Origin: Blastocladiella emersonii ATCC 22665
Taxonomy: Eukaryota > Fungi > Blastocladiomycota
Direction: 5' to 3'
Assembly (NCBI GenBank): GCA_025594325.1
Contig: JANHCV010000002.1
Coordinates: 2,480,001 to 2,544,000 of the forward strand
Length of the DNA: 64,000 nt
The position numbers and the translations under genes are program-made. The notes beneath the pieces were generated by a model, which was not told the origin of the DNA, ran no database searches, and saw nothing but the letters and a program-made list of their open reading frames with translations. Below are positions 33,800 through 43,868 of this stretch, in pieces (the first letter of the stretch is position 1; each line of letters begins with the position of its first letter).

Positions 33800-34557
33800 C
33801 GGGCATCATCGGCGTCATCTACTTTCTTGCGCTATACACGAGCGTCAACCTCTTTGTCCGGACGCGCTCGATCTACTACGCGGTGCCGGCGAGTGTCGCC
33901 GCTGGGCGCATGTTCATTCTCGGATGCACCGTCGTCTTTCAGACTTTTCCGATTTCGGGTAAAGACTTCCCGGCTGAGCTCAGCCGCTTCATCAGCTGTG
34001 TTGAGCTGGCGTGCGGCGTGACATTCATCGCGCTCAACGCGCGGCGACTGTATAAGACATGCTACTCGCGGTACAAGCGACTCGTCCAGGTTCTCGTCGC
34101 AGGCGCTGTCGTCGCCGCGGCACTCCAGGTGCTGAGTTCGGGCTGGTTTCTCGCTGCGACGTGGAACGGCTTCATGGAATCCGATCTTGCAGTCGCCAAC
34201 ACGCTCTATTTCGGTCCGTCGCTCTCGTTTCTCGCCGGTTCGAGGCCTCAACTCATCACGTGTACTCGTTCTGTAGCGTGGAGCTGCGTCGACGCAGTGG
34301 TGAATAGCGGAATCTCGATCACCTTCGTCGAGTTCCTGCGCGACCTGAGCATCGCGCCGGCGGGCGGCATGACGATGCGCGGCGAGATGGCCGGGCTGAT
34401 CCAGCGTGTCCAAGCGCTTCTCGTCGCGTAAACGGTACTGATCCTGTCAGCCTCCGTCTTCCACCTCGTCGAGTCAACCCTGGACCCGTTGTGGTACAGC
34501 GTCCGCTTTGCGGACGCGTTCCGGCTCCGCGTCTTCTCATCGCTCACACCGGGGTAA
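33766..34557 (+). pseudogene. Orphan 7TM protein, copy 2, with an in-frame premature TAA
   Basis: Collinear with copy 1 (LFQWSPASFLTG...LALYTS..LFVRTR..YYAV) and shares its intron position (34214-34276). TAA at 34429-34431 aligns with a Glu of copy 1, and homology continues in frame past it (LDPLWYSVRFADAFRLRVFS). No in-frame ATG lies directly upstream. Confidence 0.7.
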
Positions 34558-34845
34558 CATCGGAAGGTAGTGTCGCTTCGTGTCTTCGGCCTGCGGAAAT
34601 GCTAAGCACTGCATGTGAACATACTGGACATTTGTTCAACGAACGACGGAGGAGCGATGTAGTCCAGATCGGTAAACGCATCTAAGCGCCAAGGATCGCG
34701 CGACGTGGGTGGACACGAAGCGGGCCGTGTCTGCTCACACGATTCTCGAATAGACTTTGAAGATATGCGCGATTAAGCACGCGGTTCCACTTCGCACGAG
34801 AGCAGAACGCAACCGAGGCGGTCAAGGGCCTGTCTTCGACGGCAC

Positions 34846-34860
34846 CTGAAACGCGACGCG
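34846..34860 (+). promoter_or_regulatory. Shared 15-mer CTGAAACGCGACGCG, copy 3
   Basis: Exact copy, about 620 nt upstream of the Ssk1-like copy A start. Confidence 0.45.
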
Positions 34861-35481
34861 TCCGACTCGCCACGGCAGCGGGCGCGACTCCTGCGCCACT
34901 TCGACCAGGGGTGCCTCGACTAGACGGATCCATGCTCCAGCTCGAAAATGTTGCGCCCACGACGCGTCGCGATATCATGTGAGCGGCGCGTGAGACGCGA
35001 GACGCGGGTTCCCGGCACTCTCAGTTACCCGAACCGGCAAGCCCGGCCACGAGGGCGAAAAAGCAACGCGTAGGCAGCCGCCGCCAATCGCTCCCACCAC
35101 CCCGCGCAGCGCGTTCGCCGCGAGCCACGTCACGCAACATGGAGCAACGAAACGCGAAACGCAAGAGTCGATGGTGCTAGCGCCCGGCGCAGCAGCAGGG
35201 CACATGACGCGCGGTCCCCATCGTGGCCAGCTTGAGTGACGCGACCGATGGGCATCACCGGCGCCCCTGGCCACGCGCATCCGGTGTACGCGCGTGGGTC
35301 TGCCGGGTGGGAACTGCTGCCCGGGAGACAGCGCACGGGAGGGCGTTGCTGCGCGAAGCGGCGCCGGTTCCGAGCAAGCGAGGGAATGGCAATCACGGCC
35401 GCCGCCGCCGCCGCTCTCGCAGACCAACCGGCCCACGCGCACCGCCTTCGCCGTCCTGACCGCAACGTACATACCGCCCGA

Positions 35482-38400
35482 ATGAAGAACCCGCCCGAGC
35501 CGCCGCGCGCGACCGCAATCCCTCCCGCGCCTGCCGCCACTGCCAGCGCGCCCGAGCCATCGCCCACTGCGATCCACAGTGTGGCCGGCGCGGCGCTCGA
35601 TCGCCTCGAGTCGCTCCTGACCGCAGTGCACAGCGCCCCGCCTGCGCCGCACGCGTGGCCCGCGCTGCACCTGCTGCTGCTCGAGCACACGGCCACGGCG
35701 CGCGCCGCGCTTGCCCTGCTGGGCGCGCCCGAGCCCGACCCCGAACCCAGGTCGCCGCCGCACGTCCCCGGATCAGGCGCGGAATCCGCCGAGCTGTTCG
35801 ACCTGGTCGCCGTCCTCGACACGACCGCGCACCTCGCCGCCGAAGTGGCGCGCGCGCGCAGCATCGCCGTGCACGTCGACACCCCCGCGCACGCCGTCGC
35901 CATGCACGTCCGCGGCCCGCGCGACACGGCGACGTGGGGCCTGCTCGACGCCCTGCTGCGGTGCGTTGCCGCCGTCGGCGCGGGCGGCCGCGTCGACATG
36001 TCGTGCTCGTGCATGCCCGGCCGCCCGCACGCACACCCGAGGCTGCACCTCGACTGCTGCCCGACGGTCCGCTTCGTCGCGTCGCCCGTCGACCCGGCCC
36101 AGCTCGGGCCCGACTGCCTCGTCCTGCCGCGTTGTACGACGTTCCTGCAGACTCACCCGATCCCGGACTGCGTCGCGACCCGCGCGGCGCACACGCACAT
36201 GCTGCAGCTCGACGTTGTTCTAGACGTCGTGCCCACGGCCGCCGCACGAGACCCCGCGTGCGCGCTCGTGTCCCCACCGCCCTCGCCGTGGGCCGCCGAG
36301 CTCGACCGGTTCGCGCAACGCCTCGAGGGGTTCCCCGTCGGCGTCGTCGCGCGGTCCGACGACGTGGACCTGCGCCGCCAGCTCGCCATCCTCGGACCGG
36401 ACCTCGTCCCGCTCGACGACCTGCACCGGTTCCCGCGCCTCGTCGTCGTCGCGCTCCCGCCCGCGGCGCTCGGCCTGCTCCTCGCTGCCGTCGATCAGCT
36501 GCCGCATCACCAGCCCGTCGGGATCCTCGCCATCACCACGTCGCCGGCCGAGACCCGCGAGGTGCTGGCGCTCCTTCACGGCCGCGACCGCGTCACCTCG
36601 CCCGAGCCCGCCGTTGTCGCCGTGCACCTCGCCGAGCGCCCGCTCGGCTCCCGCTCGCTGCTCGGCCACCTGCACCACCTCGTCACCATCCTCCACTCGG
36701 CTCCCGCCGCGACCCCCGACTCGCTGTCGGTCTCGAGCTCTCGCGTCGACTACTCGGCGACGCCAGCGCGCCCGGGCATTCCGCAGAGCGGCGGCGGCCG
36801 GCCGTCCTCGCCGCGCCCGCCGCCGCTCGCGTTCGTGCCGGGCCAGCTGCCGCTCGCGTTCCCGTACAGCCTCGAGCTCGAGTGGCCGCGCTTCATCTGC
36901 TGGATCGAGGCCAAGGCCACCGACGGGTCGCTGCTCGACGTCGACTTTTCCGACGGCCAGACCCCGCTGTTCACCGCGACCTCGCACAACAACCCGCCGT
37001 TTCGCGCGTTCGTCGCTGACCTCGCCGCCGCGGCCCAGGCGTACGTGTCGGCGTCGGACCCGCTGGTCGAAGTCGAGCCCGCCGCCGAGCTGTTGCTTCC
37101 CGATCCAGCGATGGTCGTCCTCGACGTGCCCACGACCGCGGAACCGGTCACGTCGGCGTCCCTCGGCTCGGCGCGCTGCCCGCGGTCGCTCTCGGCCGAC
37201 ACGCTGCTGTTCGTCAATGCGCCGCAGCGGCCGCCGATGCGCCCGCGGGCGGGGAGCGACAAGGCGGCGGCGGTCGCGGCGGCGTGTCTCGCCGCGCAGG
37301 CCGGGTGCCGCCCGCTGCCCAAGTGGCAGCCGATCATGAAGAACCTGTGTGTTCTCGTTATTGACGGTACGCTTACTCGCGTATTCTACCCCGCGGTTCA
37401 CGGCACTCACACCTTATTTTGCACCCGTAGACGATGCCAGTTCCTCATCGAGCCTGACCGCCTTCCTGACCGAATGCGGCGTCGCGTGGGATCTCGCGGC
37501 CAACGCCGAGGACGCCTACGCCATGGTGACGCAACAGGCCGCCGCCGCGACCACCTCGTCCTCGCGCCCCGCAGACTCGCCGCCGTACCACCTCATCTTC
37601 GTGAGCCTCGACCTCGGGTTCGGCAGCCGCGCCCATGCGCGCACCCGCACCGCCCCGTCGCCGCTCGACCTGATCCGGTGGATCCGCGCCGACGAGTACC
37701 GCCGCCGCACGTCGACGCTCGCGCGGTCGCGGTCGTCGGCGATCGGCGCCGCTGCCGCCGCCGGCGCGGCGGAGGTGAGTGCCGCGGTCTTCACGGACGT
37801 CTGGCTCCGCGACCGCGGTCGCGCTGGCGTCGGCAACCCGCGCGCGGGCGACGCACACGCCGACGCCGGCATGTTCCACGCGCTGACCGCGTCGCAGCTG
37901 GCGCACCACGGCACGCCCGCGCTGATCGTCGGCATGGCGGCCGACGTCCCCGCGCCGGTCCCTGCCTCCGCCGCCGGAGGTGACGGCGAGCTGCCAGCAC
38001 CCGGTTCTGCGGGCGACGAGCCCGTCCCACCGTACCAGGCCGCGCTGACCGCCGGATGTAACGCGGTCGCGCCGCGGCCCGTCCCGCGCGCGTGGGCCGA
38101 GACCAAGCTCGCCGAGACGTGCGCGATCCTGACGCTGCTCGATCTCGCGCACGTCGCTCCCGCGGCGGCGGCCGAGAGTGGTGGTGCTAGCGCGGCCGCG
38201 TCGATGCGGTTCTCGGACACGGTGGCCACCGCGGCGCAGCCGATCGCGGTCCCGATGCCGCCGACGCTCGTCGGCCGCGACGGCGTACCCGAGGCTCACG
38301 GCGCGGCGGCGATCGTGGTTGCGGGGATGGAGGACGGGAAGGTGGGTTACAACGGACATCACCGCGGCGAGGTCCGTGACAGCAGCAGTGGCAAGGCGCC

Positions 38401-38491
38401 CGTGCGTGAGCGGCTGGACCGCTCGCGGCCTGCGCGCGCGCCGCGCAGCCGGTCGCTGTCGCCGACGGCGCTCGTGGCTCGTGTCGTTTGA
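35482..38491 (+). CDS. Ssk1/Mcs4-like response regulator, copy A, with a pseudo-receiver (Asp to Ser)
   Basis: Intron 37367-37430. Kinase-remnant N-terminus (FDLVAVLD...ARSIAVHV, FPYSLE), then receiver KNLCVLVIDDDA...YHLIFVSLDL...IRWIR...ALIVGMAA...AGCNAVAPRPV. The tail WAETKLAETCAILTLLDL resembles Ssk1 WLEKKI.EWGCMQALID. The start codon is inferred. Confidence 0.72.
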
Positions 38492-38826
38492 GATTTCTGC
38501 TGTGTCCAGATATTGAGTGAGCGGGGCATGAGTTCCAATATACCATGCGAGATTCCTGATCCAGCGGTGTTTGTTGGAGAGGGACGGCACGGCGGCGAAA
38601 GGTGGGTTCCTCGAAGTACCCACGAAGTTGCTTTGATCGATTTCACAGATGTTTTTCCAAGTGAGAAGCCCAAGCGGGATCAAGTCGACCACGCGGGGGA
38701 CCGGTCCCGATCACGTGCGGATGATCGCCGCGTCGCGCGGCACGCGGTGCAAGCGCGGGACGATTTCGCGGCCACCGATTTCAGACTCTCGAAGTGACTG
38801 CAGCGAATCAGAATGGGCAATCTATA

Positions 38827-39483
38827 TCACTCTTGCGGCGGAACCATCACTGCCGAATCACGCCGCTGCTGGGCGACCTCCTTGGCGCGCTGCTGGTAGT
38901 GGGCGCGGACCTCGTCCGACTCCTGGCGCCACTGCTCGGAGATGACCTTGGTGAGCTCGCGGCGCTTCGGGAGCGTGTGTTTGAGCGCCTCCTGGCGGTC
39001 CTTCATGTAGAGGAAGAAGGAGTTGGGCGGGCGCCGCGGCGCGCCGGGTGTTGCGACAGCTGATGCGGGGTCGGCGAGCGGGTCGACCGGCCATGAAGCC
39101 GCGGCGGGACCCAACACGTCATGGCCGCTTCGGCGGGACCGGTTGCCGGCGCGCTTCTTCGGCGGCCGCTGGTTCAGCAGCTGCCTCTGTTGCTGCTCCT
39201 GCTCGAGGAGGAGCGCGTGGCCCGCGTCGAGGTCGCAGGTGAGGGCGGGCGCGAGCTGGAGGTGCACGTTCTGGACCGGGGTGTCCATTGGGTACGGCGA
39301 GGTCGGCGGAAGCAAGAGGCCGGCGGCGTCCATGTCGGCGGGCTCCGGGACGTGCAGGAAGTGGCTGAAGTGGACCGCGCTCGGGTCCGTGATCGGGATC
39401 ACGGCATACATGTGCCCGTTCGAGTCGACGATGAGCTCGGGCGGCGGGAAGGACGGGATCAGGGTGTCGTTTGCGTGGGACAT
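38827..39483 (-). CDS. Single HMG-box (MATA/SOX-type) transcription factor
   Basis: PRRPPNSFFLYMKDRQ...ELTKVISEQWRQESDEVRAHYQQRA at the C-terminus of a Pro/Gln-rich protein. Confidence 0.85.
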   Translation of the reverse strand: MSHANDTLIPSFPPPELIVDSNGHMYAVIPITDPSAVHFSHFLHVPEPADMDAAGLLLPPTSPYPMDTPVQNVHLQLAPALTCDLDAGHALLLEQEQQQRQLLNQRPPKKRAGNRSRRSGHDVLGPAAASWPVDPLADPASAVATPGAPRRPPNSFFLYMKDRQEALKHTLPKRRELTKVISEQWRQESDEVRAHYQQRAKEVAQQRRDSAVMVPPQE

Positions 39484-40399
39484 GGTTCTGACTTGGCGAG
39501 TGATGGCGAGGGCGGCCAAAGTCCGTGGACCGTCAGCGAACCGTTTTGGTCGGCGTCATGGTCGCCGTCGTCCTCGTCGACGCATCGTTGCAGCGAATTC
39601 GAGTCCATCGGCAGCGGTAGTCAAGGGCGTCGAGTGTCAAAGGGCGACGTCAAAGAGCTGCAAATCGGAGCAGGTTCAGGAGAAAGGGCCCAGGAGAACG
39701 ATCGGCGCGCGGTGTGTGGCGCCGTCACGTGCGGATAAGCGGCGCCACAGCCACGCGGTGCGGCGCAGCTCGGGGAAGCAGGCCAGCCCAAGTGCTCCAT
39801 CCGGGCGCGCGGAGCACGCGGTGCGGGACCGTGGGAATCAGGGGGCGAGCAACCGCGCGTGGGCGACACGTCACCGGCGCGTCATGCCACGCCACGCGTT
39901 GCGGCGGCGGGCGGCAGCCGGTGGCCCGCAGGCGCGCCCGCCCGCGATAGCAATCTATGCACGCTGACGCGTTCGCCGCTACGCCGCTACGCCGCCCACC
40001 GGGCACCCATGGAGCACGCGCAAACGCGCACGCACGGCGCAGCCGCCTGGCCGGGGGCGCAGCGGCGGAATGACGCGGCCGTGACGCGCGCTGAGCTGCC
40101 GCGACGCGCGCCGATTCAACCGGCCCGCGAGCATTCAGGGCGCCCCCAAGCAGGCAGCCTGGCGGTAGAGGCCCAAGGGGCCGTTGGGGCGGTGGCGGCG
40201 GCGGCAGGCGGGGCGCGCAGCTAAAGGCGGCCGAGACACGGCGGCGGGACGGAGCAGGGCATCTGAGACCGCGGCGCCCGCGACCCCCGCTCCCGCGTCG
40301 CACTGCAACCGGCCCCGGCTCGGACAAGCGTCACCGTCATCCTCGGCCCCGTCGCCTCCGCCATCGCCACGCTCGTCGCGCGCCCATCGTACGCCCGCA

Positions 40400-43300
40400 A
40401 TGCTCCACCCTCCTCGCCCGGCCCCCGCCGCCGCCATGCCGCGCGTCGCCGGATCACCGCCACCAACAACAGCGGCCGCCGCCGCCGTCGCCGTGCCTTC
40501 CGCAGCGAGCACGAGCGCTGCCGCCGCCACCATGCCGCCCGGCTGCAGCACTCTGCGCAGCGTGGCACTCGCGGCGCTCGGCCGCCTCGAGTCGCTCCTC
40601 GCCGCGGTGCACCGGACGCCGCCCGCGCCGCACGCGTGGTCGGCACTGCACCTGGTGCTGCTCGAGCACGCCGCCACGGCGCGCGTCGCCCTCGCCCTGC
40701 TGCGCGCACCCGAACCCGGGCCCGTGTCGCCGCCATCCGGGGCCACCATGGCCGCGGCCACCGACGGCGCCCGGTCTCACGACCACGAGACCAACGAGCC
40801 GTTCGACCTGGCGGATGCCATCGAGACGGCCGCGCACCTCGCATCCTCGGCGGCCCACGCCCGCGCCGTCGCCGTCCACGTCAACACGCCGTCGCACGCG
40901 ACGCCCGCCGCCGTCTACGGGTCGCGCGCCGCAGCGACGCGGTGTCTCGCCGACGCCCTCGTGCGGTGCGTGGCCGCCGTCGCGCCGGGCGGCCGCGTCG
41001 ACATGTCGTGCTCGTGCGCGGCCCCGGACCACCACGGCCCGGCCTCGGCCCCGACCGTCATAAGACTCGTCGCGTCGCCCGTGGACCCCGCGGCCCTCGA
41101 TCCCGCAACCTTTGCCCTGTCCGACGCCCGGTCTCACCACCTCCTGACCCACCCGGTCGCGCACGGGCACCCCGCCGCGGACGGCGTCCGCCACACGCAC
41201 ATGCTGCAGCTCGACGTGACGCTCGCCGTCGCGCCGACGTGCGCCAACGGGCCCGCCCCGGTGTCCGCGACCTGGACCCTCGAGGTCGCCGCGTTCGCGC
41301 CGCTGCTGCGCGAGTTCCCGCTCGGCGTGCTTGCGCGGTCCGACGATGCGGACCTGCGCCGCCAGCTCGCGGCCCTCGGCCCGGCGCTCGTCCCGCTCGA
41401 CGACCTCGGCAGCTTCCCGCGCCTGATCGCCGTCGCGCTCCCGCCCACGGCCCTGAAGCTGTTCCTCGCGGCCGTCGACCGCCTGCACCACCGCGTCCCC
41501 GTCGGCGTCCTCGCCATCACCGCGTCGCCCGCCGAGACGCGCGAGGCTGTCGCCGTTGTGCACGGGCGCACGCGGTCCGCGTCTCCCGATCTCGCGCTGC
41601 CGTCGCTCGTGGTGGTGCATCTCGCGGAGCGCCCGCTCGGCCCACGGTCGCTGCTCGCGCACCTGGTCCACCTCGTCGCGACGCTGCGCGGCGCCGCGGC
41701 CCCGCCTTCCCCATCGCCATCGTCGCCGACCTCGTTCTCGACAACCCCCGCGGCCTCGGAGCCCGCCAACCCGCTCGACCGCACCTCGTCCGTGTCGTCG
41801 CTGCCGCCCGCGCTCCTGTTCCCGCACCAGCAGCTGTCCCCGCCGGTGCCCACGCTGCCGTCGTCGCCCGCCGCTTCGAACGGCGCCGCCGACTACTTTC
41901 TGCCGGGCGTGTGGGTCGGCGACCTCGCCACGGCCGCGCGCCCGGGGGTCCCGCAGGGTGGCGGCGGCCGGCCGTCGAGTCCGCGCCCGCCCCCGCTCTC
42001 GTTTGTCCCCGGCCAGCTCCCGCTCGCGTTCCCGTACAGCCTCGAGCTCGAGTGGCCGCGGCTCGTGCACTGGCTCGAGGCCAGGGCGGCCGACGAGTCG
42101 CTCGATTTCGAGGAGGTCGTCGACGAGGATGAGGAGGACGCGCGGCTTCTCGCGCTCACGGCCCACGACACGCCGCCGTTCCGCGCGTTCGTCGCCGACC
42201 TCGCGGCGGCGGCGGCGGCGCAGCGGGACGCGAACGACGCGCTCGTCGAGGACGAGCTCGATTCTTCGATTTCACCACCGCCCGCTGGCGCGGTGCTCGA
42301 CCCGGCCCTTGTCGCCCTCGACGCGTCTTCGGCCTGCACCATGCCGGCCGCGGCCGCCCCGCTGGCGCTCATCGGGTCGCCGCGGTGCCCGCTGTCGCTC
42401 CTGTCCGACCCGCAGGTCGTGGACTCCGTGCAGCAGCAGCGGTCGCCCCCGCGCTCGCGGTCGGGTAGCGCCAAAGCGGCCGCGGCGCTCGCTGCTGCCG
42501 GCGTCACGGCGGCCATCGCGTGCCCCTCGCTCCAGGCGCGGTGCCGCCCGCTGCCCAAGTGGCAGCCGATTATGAAGAACCTGTGTGTGCTCGTCGTTGA
42601 CGGTACGGTCTCTCGTTCTTACCTCGTCGACGGACCAGAGACTCACGTTGTATGCGCGCGCTTAGACGACCCCGTCACCTCATCGAGCCTGACGGCGCTG
42701 CTGTCCGAGTGGGGCGTCGCGTGGGACCTGGCGACCAACGCCGACGACGCCTTCGCCATGGCCACGCAGTCGACCTCGTCCTCGCGCCCCGCCGACTCGC
42801 CGTACCACCTCATCTTCATGAGCCTCGACCTCGGCCTCGGCTCCCGCGCCGCCGCGGCCGCCGTGTCCCCGCTCGACCTGATCCGGTGGATCCGGTCCGA
42901 CGAGTACCGCCGCCGCACGTCGACGCTGATGCGCACGCGGTCGTCGACCATCTCGGCCGCCGCCGCCGCGGCCGCAGCCGCAGCGGCCATCATGGACGCG
43001 CGCCTGCGCGACGGCCACAGCGACCGCGGCGCGTCGGCCGACTCGAGCGACGACGACTCCGCGGGGGTCCCGCCAGCGGCGCCCGCGACGTACCTCGCGC
43101 GCCACGGCACGCCGACGCTGATCATTGGCATGTCGTCGCGCGCGCCCGCCGCCACACCGTCGTCGGGCAAATCCACCACCACACCACGCGGCAGCGACCA
43201 CATCGACCCGCCGTGCCCCGCGGCGCTCAACGCCGGGTGCAACGCCGTGTGCCCGCGGCCCGTCCCGCGCGCGTGGGCCGAGGACAAGTTGAGCGAGACG

Positions 43301-43738
43301 TGTGCGATCCTCGCGCTGCTCAACCTCGCGCACGGGCCCGTCGCCACCGCCTCTGCCAACATGTCCGCGTCGATGCGGTTCTCGGACACGATCGCGCCCG
43401 CGACGGTCCCGACCCCCGTCCCGCTGCCGCCGACGCTCGTGGGCCGCGACGGCGTGCCCGAAGCCCACGGGGCGGCCGCGCTCGTCGTCGCGGCGATGGC
43501 GGGCGAGCCGGCGGCGGCCGACGGCGCGAGCAAGTCGGGCCGCGGGCCGCACGCGCGCTCGCACCATGTGCACGTCCAGTCGAACCCGGCAGCGGCGGAC
43601 GACGAGGTGGGCGACGTGCGGCGGCGGCAACACGCGCGCAGGCGGTGGTTCGCGCCACGGCAGCAGCAGCAGAAGCGGCGGTCGGCGCGGCGAACGCGGT
43701 CGCTCTCCCCGTCGGCGCTGGTCGCGCGCGCGATCTGA
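40400..43738 (+). CDS. Ssk1/Mcs4-like response regulator, copy B, with a pseudo-receiver (Asp to Ser)
   Basis: Paralog of copy A with the same intron position (42603-42665). Reads KNLCVLVVDDDPV...YHLIFMSLDL...TLIIGMSS...AGCNAVCPRPV...WAEDKLSETCAILALLNL. Confidence 0.75.
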   Translation: MLHPPRPAPAAAMPRVAGSPPPTTAAAAAVAVPSAASTSAAAATMPPGCSTLRSVALAALGRLESLLAAVHRTPPAPHAWSALHLVLLEHAATARVALALLRAPEPGPVSPPSGATMAAATDGARSHDHETNEPFDLADAIETAAHLASSAAHARAVAVHVNTPSHATPAAVYGSRAAATRCLADALVRCVAAVAPGGRVDMSCSCAAPDHHGPASAPTVIRLVASPVDPAALDPATFALSDARSHHLLTHPVAHGHPAADGVRHTHMLQLDVTLAVAPTCANGPAPVSATWTLEVAAFAPLLREFPLGVLARSDDADLRRQLAALGPALVPLDDLGSFPRLIAVALPPTALKLFLAAVDRLHHRVPVGVLAITASPAETREAVAVVHGRTRSASPDLALPSLVVVHLAERPLGPRSLLAHLVHLVATLRGAAAPPSPSPSSPTSFSTTPAASEPANPLDRTSSVSSLPPALLFPHQQLSPPVPTLPSSPAASNGAADYFLPGVWVGDLATAARPGVPQGGGGRPSSPRPPPLSFVPGQLPLAFPYSLELEWPRLVHWLEARAADESLDFEEVVDEDEEDARLLALTAHDTPPFRAFVADLAAAAAAQRDANDALVEDELDSSISPPPAGAVLDPALVALDASSACTMPAAAAPLALIGSPRCPLSLLSDPQVVDSVQQQRSPPRSRSGSAKAAAALAAAGVTAAIACPSLQARCRPLPKWQPIMKNLCVLVVDGTVSRSYLVDGPETHVVCARLDDPVTSSSLTALLSEWGVAWDLATNADDAFAMATQSTSSSRPADSPYHLIFMSLDLGLGSRAAAAAVSPLDLIRWIRSDEYRRRTSTLMRTRSSTISAAAAAAAAAAAIMDARLRDGHSDRGASADSSDDDSAGVPPAAPATYLARHGTPTLIIGMSSRAPAATPSSGKSTTTPRGSDHIDPPCPAALNAGCNAVCPRPVPRAWAEDKLSETCAILALLNLAHGPVATASANMSASMRFSDTIAPATVPTPVPLPPTLVGRDGVPEAHGAAALVVAAMAGEPAAADGASKSGRGPHARSHHVHVQSNPAAADDEVGDVRRRQHARRRWFAPRQQQQKRRSARRTRSLSPSALVARAI

Positions 43739-43868
43739 AGGCGGGTGGGTGCTGCTCGGTGTGTGGGCGGGCAAGAGAGACTAGTCTTATCACCATAGCG
43801 GACAGAGAATAAAGCGAGATCCATTCATTCAAACCATCGCAAACGAGCAACCCCGAGCGGCTTACTAC

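Noticed and set aside
38827-39483. Mucorales-type sex locus
   Set aside because: The expected flanking triose-phosphate transporter and RNA helicase genes are not here, and HMG genes are often numerous. Kept only as a weak hypothesis.
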